A stretch of DNA of 64,000 nt from Nymphaea colorata (lineage: Eukaryota): the NCBI RefSeq assembly GCF_008831285.2, contig NC_045138.2, positions 32,488,001-32,552,000 of the forward strand, in the 5' to 3' direction. Positions 63,679-64,000 of the stretch are shown here, piece after piece; the stretch's first letter is position 1, and every line of letters starts with the position of its first letter. The notes below the pieces were generated by a model. That model did not search any database. It worked only from the letters and a program-made list of their open reading frames with translations, and was not told the origin of the DNA. Position numbers and translations under genes: made by a program.

Positions 63679-64000
63679 GTTTTATGTGCGTCTTAAATAT
63701 CAACCAAATTTTATTGATTGATGCTGAACCACAGCTCAATCAAACTATCAGGGACCAAAACCTGGTCGGATTCAGTTGCATTTGTTTTCAACTTTTTCAA
63801 TTCTTGAACCTCTGTTTACAATAACTAGGTTTTTTCTTATATATACAATAAATTGTTTGTTTAACGTTTAAGTTTTTAATTAAGATATCTCTTGTTTTTG
63901 CAATTTTGAAATCATAGATCAAGGTAAACTACGTATTCTATTTATCCATTTGATAGATGATGCATTGATTTTTTGGTCATGTGACGTTTCCTGTACCATA
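63679..64000 (+). repeat. Older duplicated block X, start of copy 3
   Basis: GTTTTATG.G.GTCTT.AATATCAACCAAATTTTATTGATTGATGCTGAACCACAGCTCAATCAA matches 44059 onward; runs to the window end. Confidence 0.88.

Overview
Repeat-rich, gene-poor flowering-plant nuclear DNA (spliceosomal introns, plant TE signatures) in which I could not find any intact protein-coding gene. The centre (~24.6-42.7 kb) is an ~18 kb hierarchical satellite: 63+67 bp palindromic monomers form 130 bp dimers, which form a 2,416 bp higher-order repeat. A 100-N gap lies inside it. The flanks are a mosaic of segmental duplications (1-5952 matches 56433-63189; an older block is present three times) and a second ~540 bp tandem repeat. 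TE remnants include a Copia LTR+PBS+gag, a chromovirus 3' end+LTR, a LINE ORF1 5' end, a Tourist-like MITE and CACTA-like subterminal repeats. Host-gene fragments include three S-domain/CRK-type receptor kinase relics, SAL1 exon 1, the 3' end of a PDR/ABCG transporter, and a mitochondrial trnP insertion that lost its D-arm. Many junctions carry 4-9 bp microhomologies. All family assignments come from motif recognition by eye; no database search was run.
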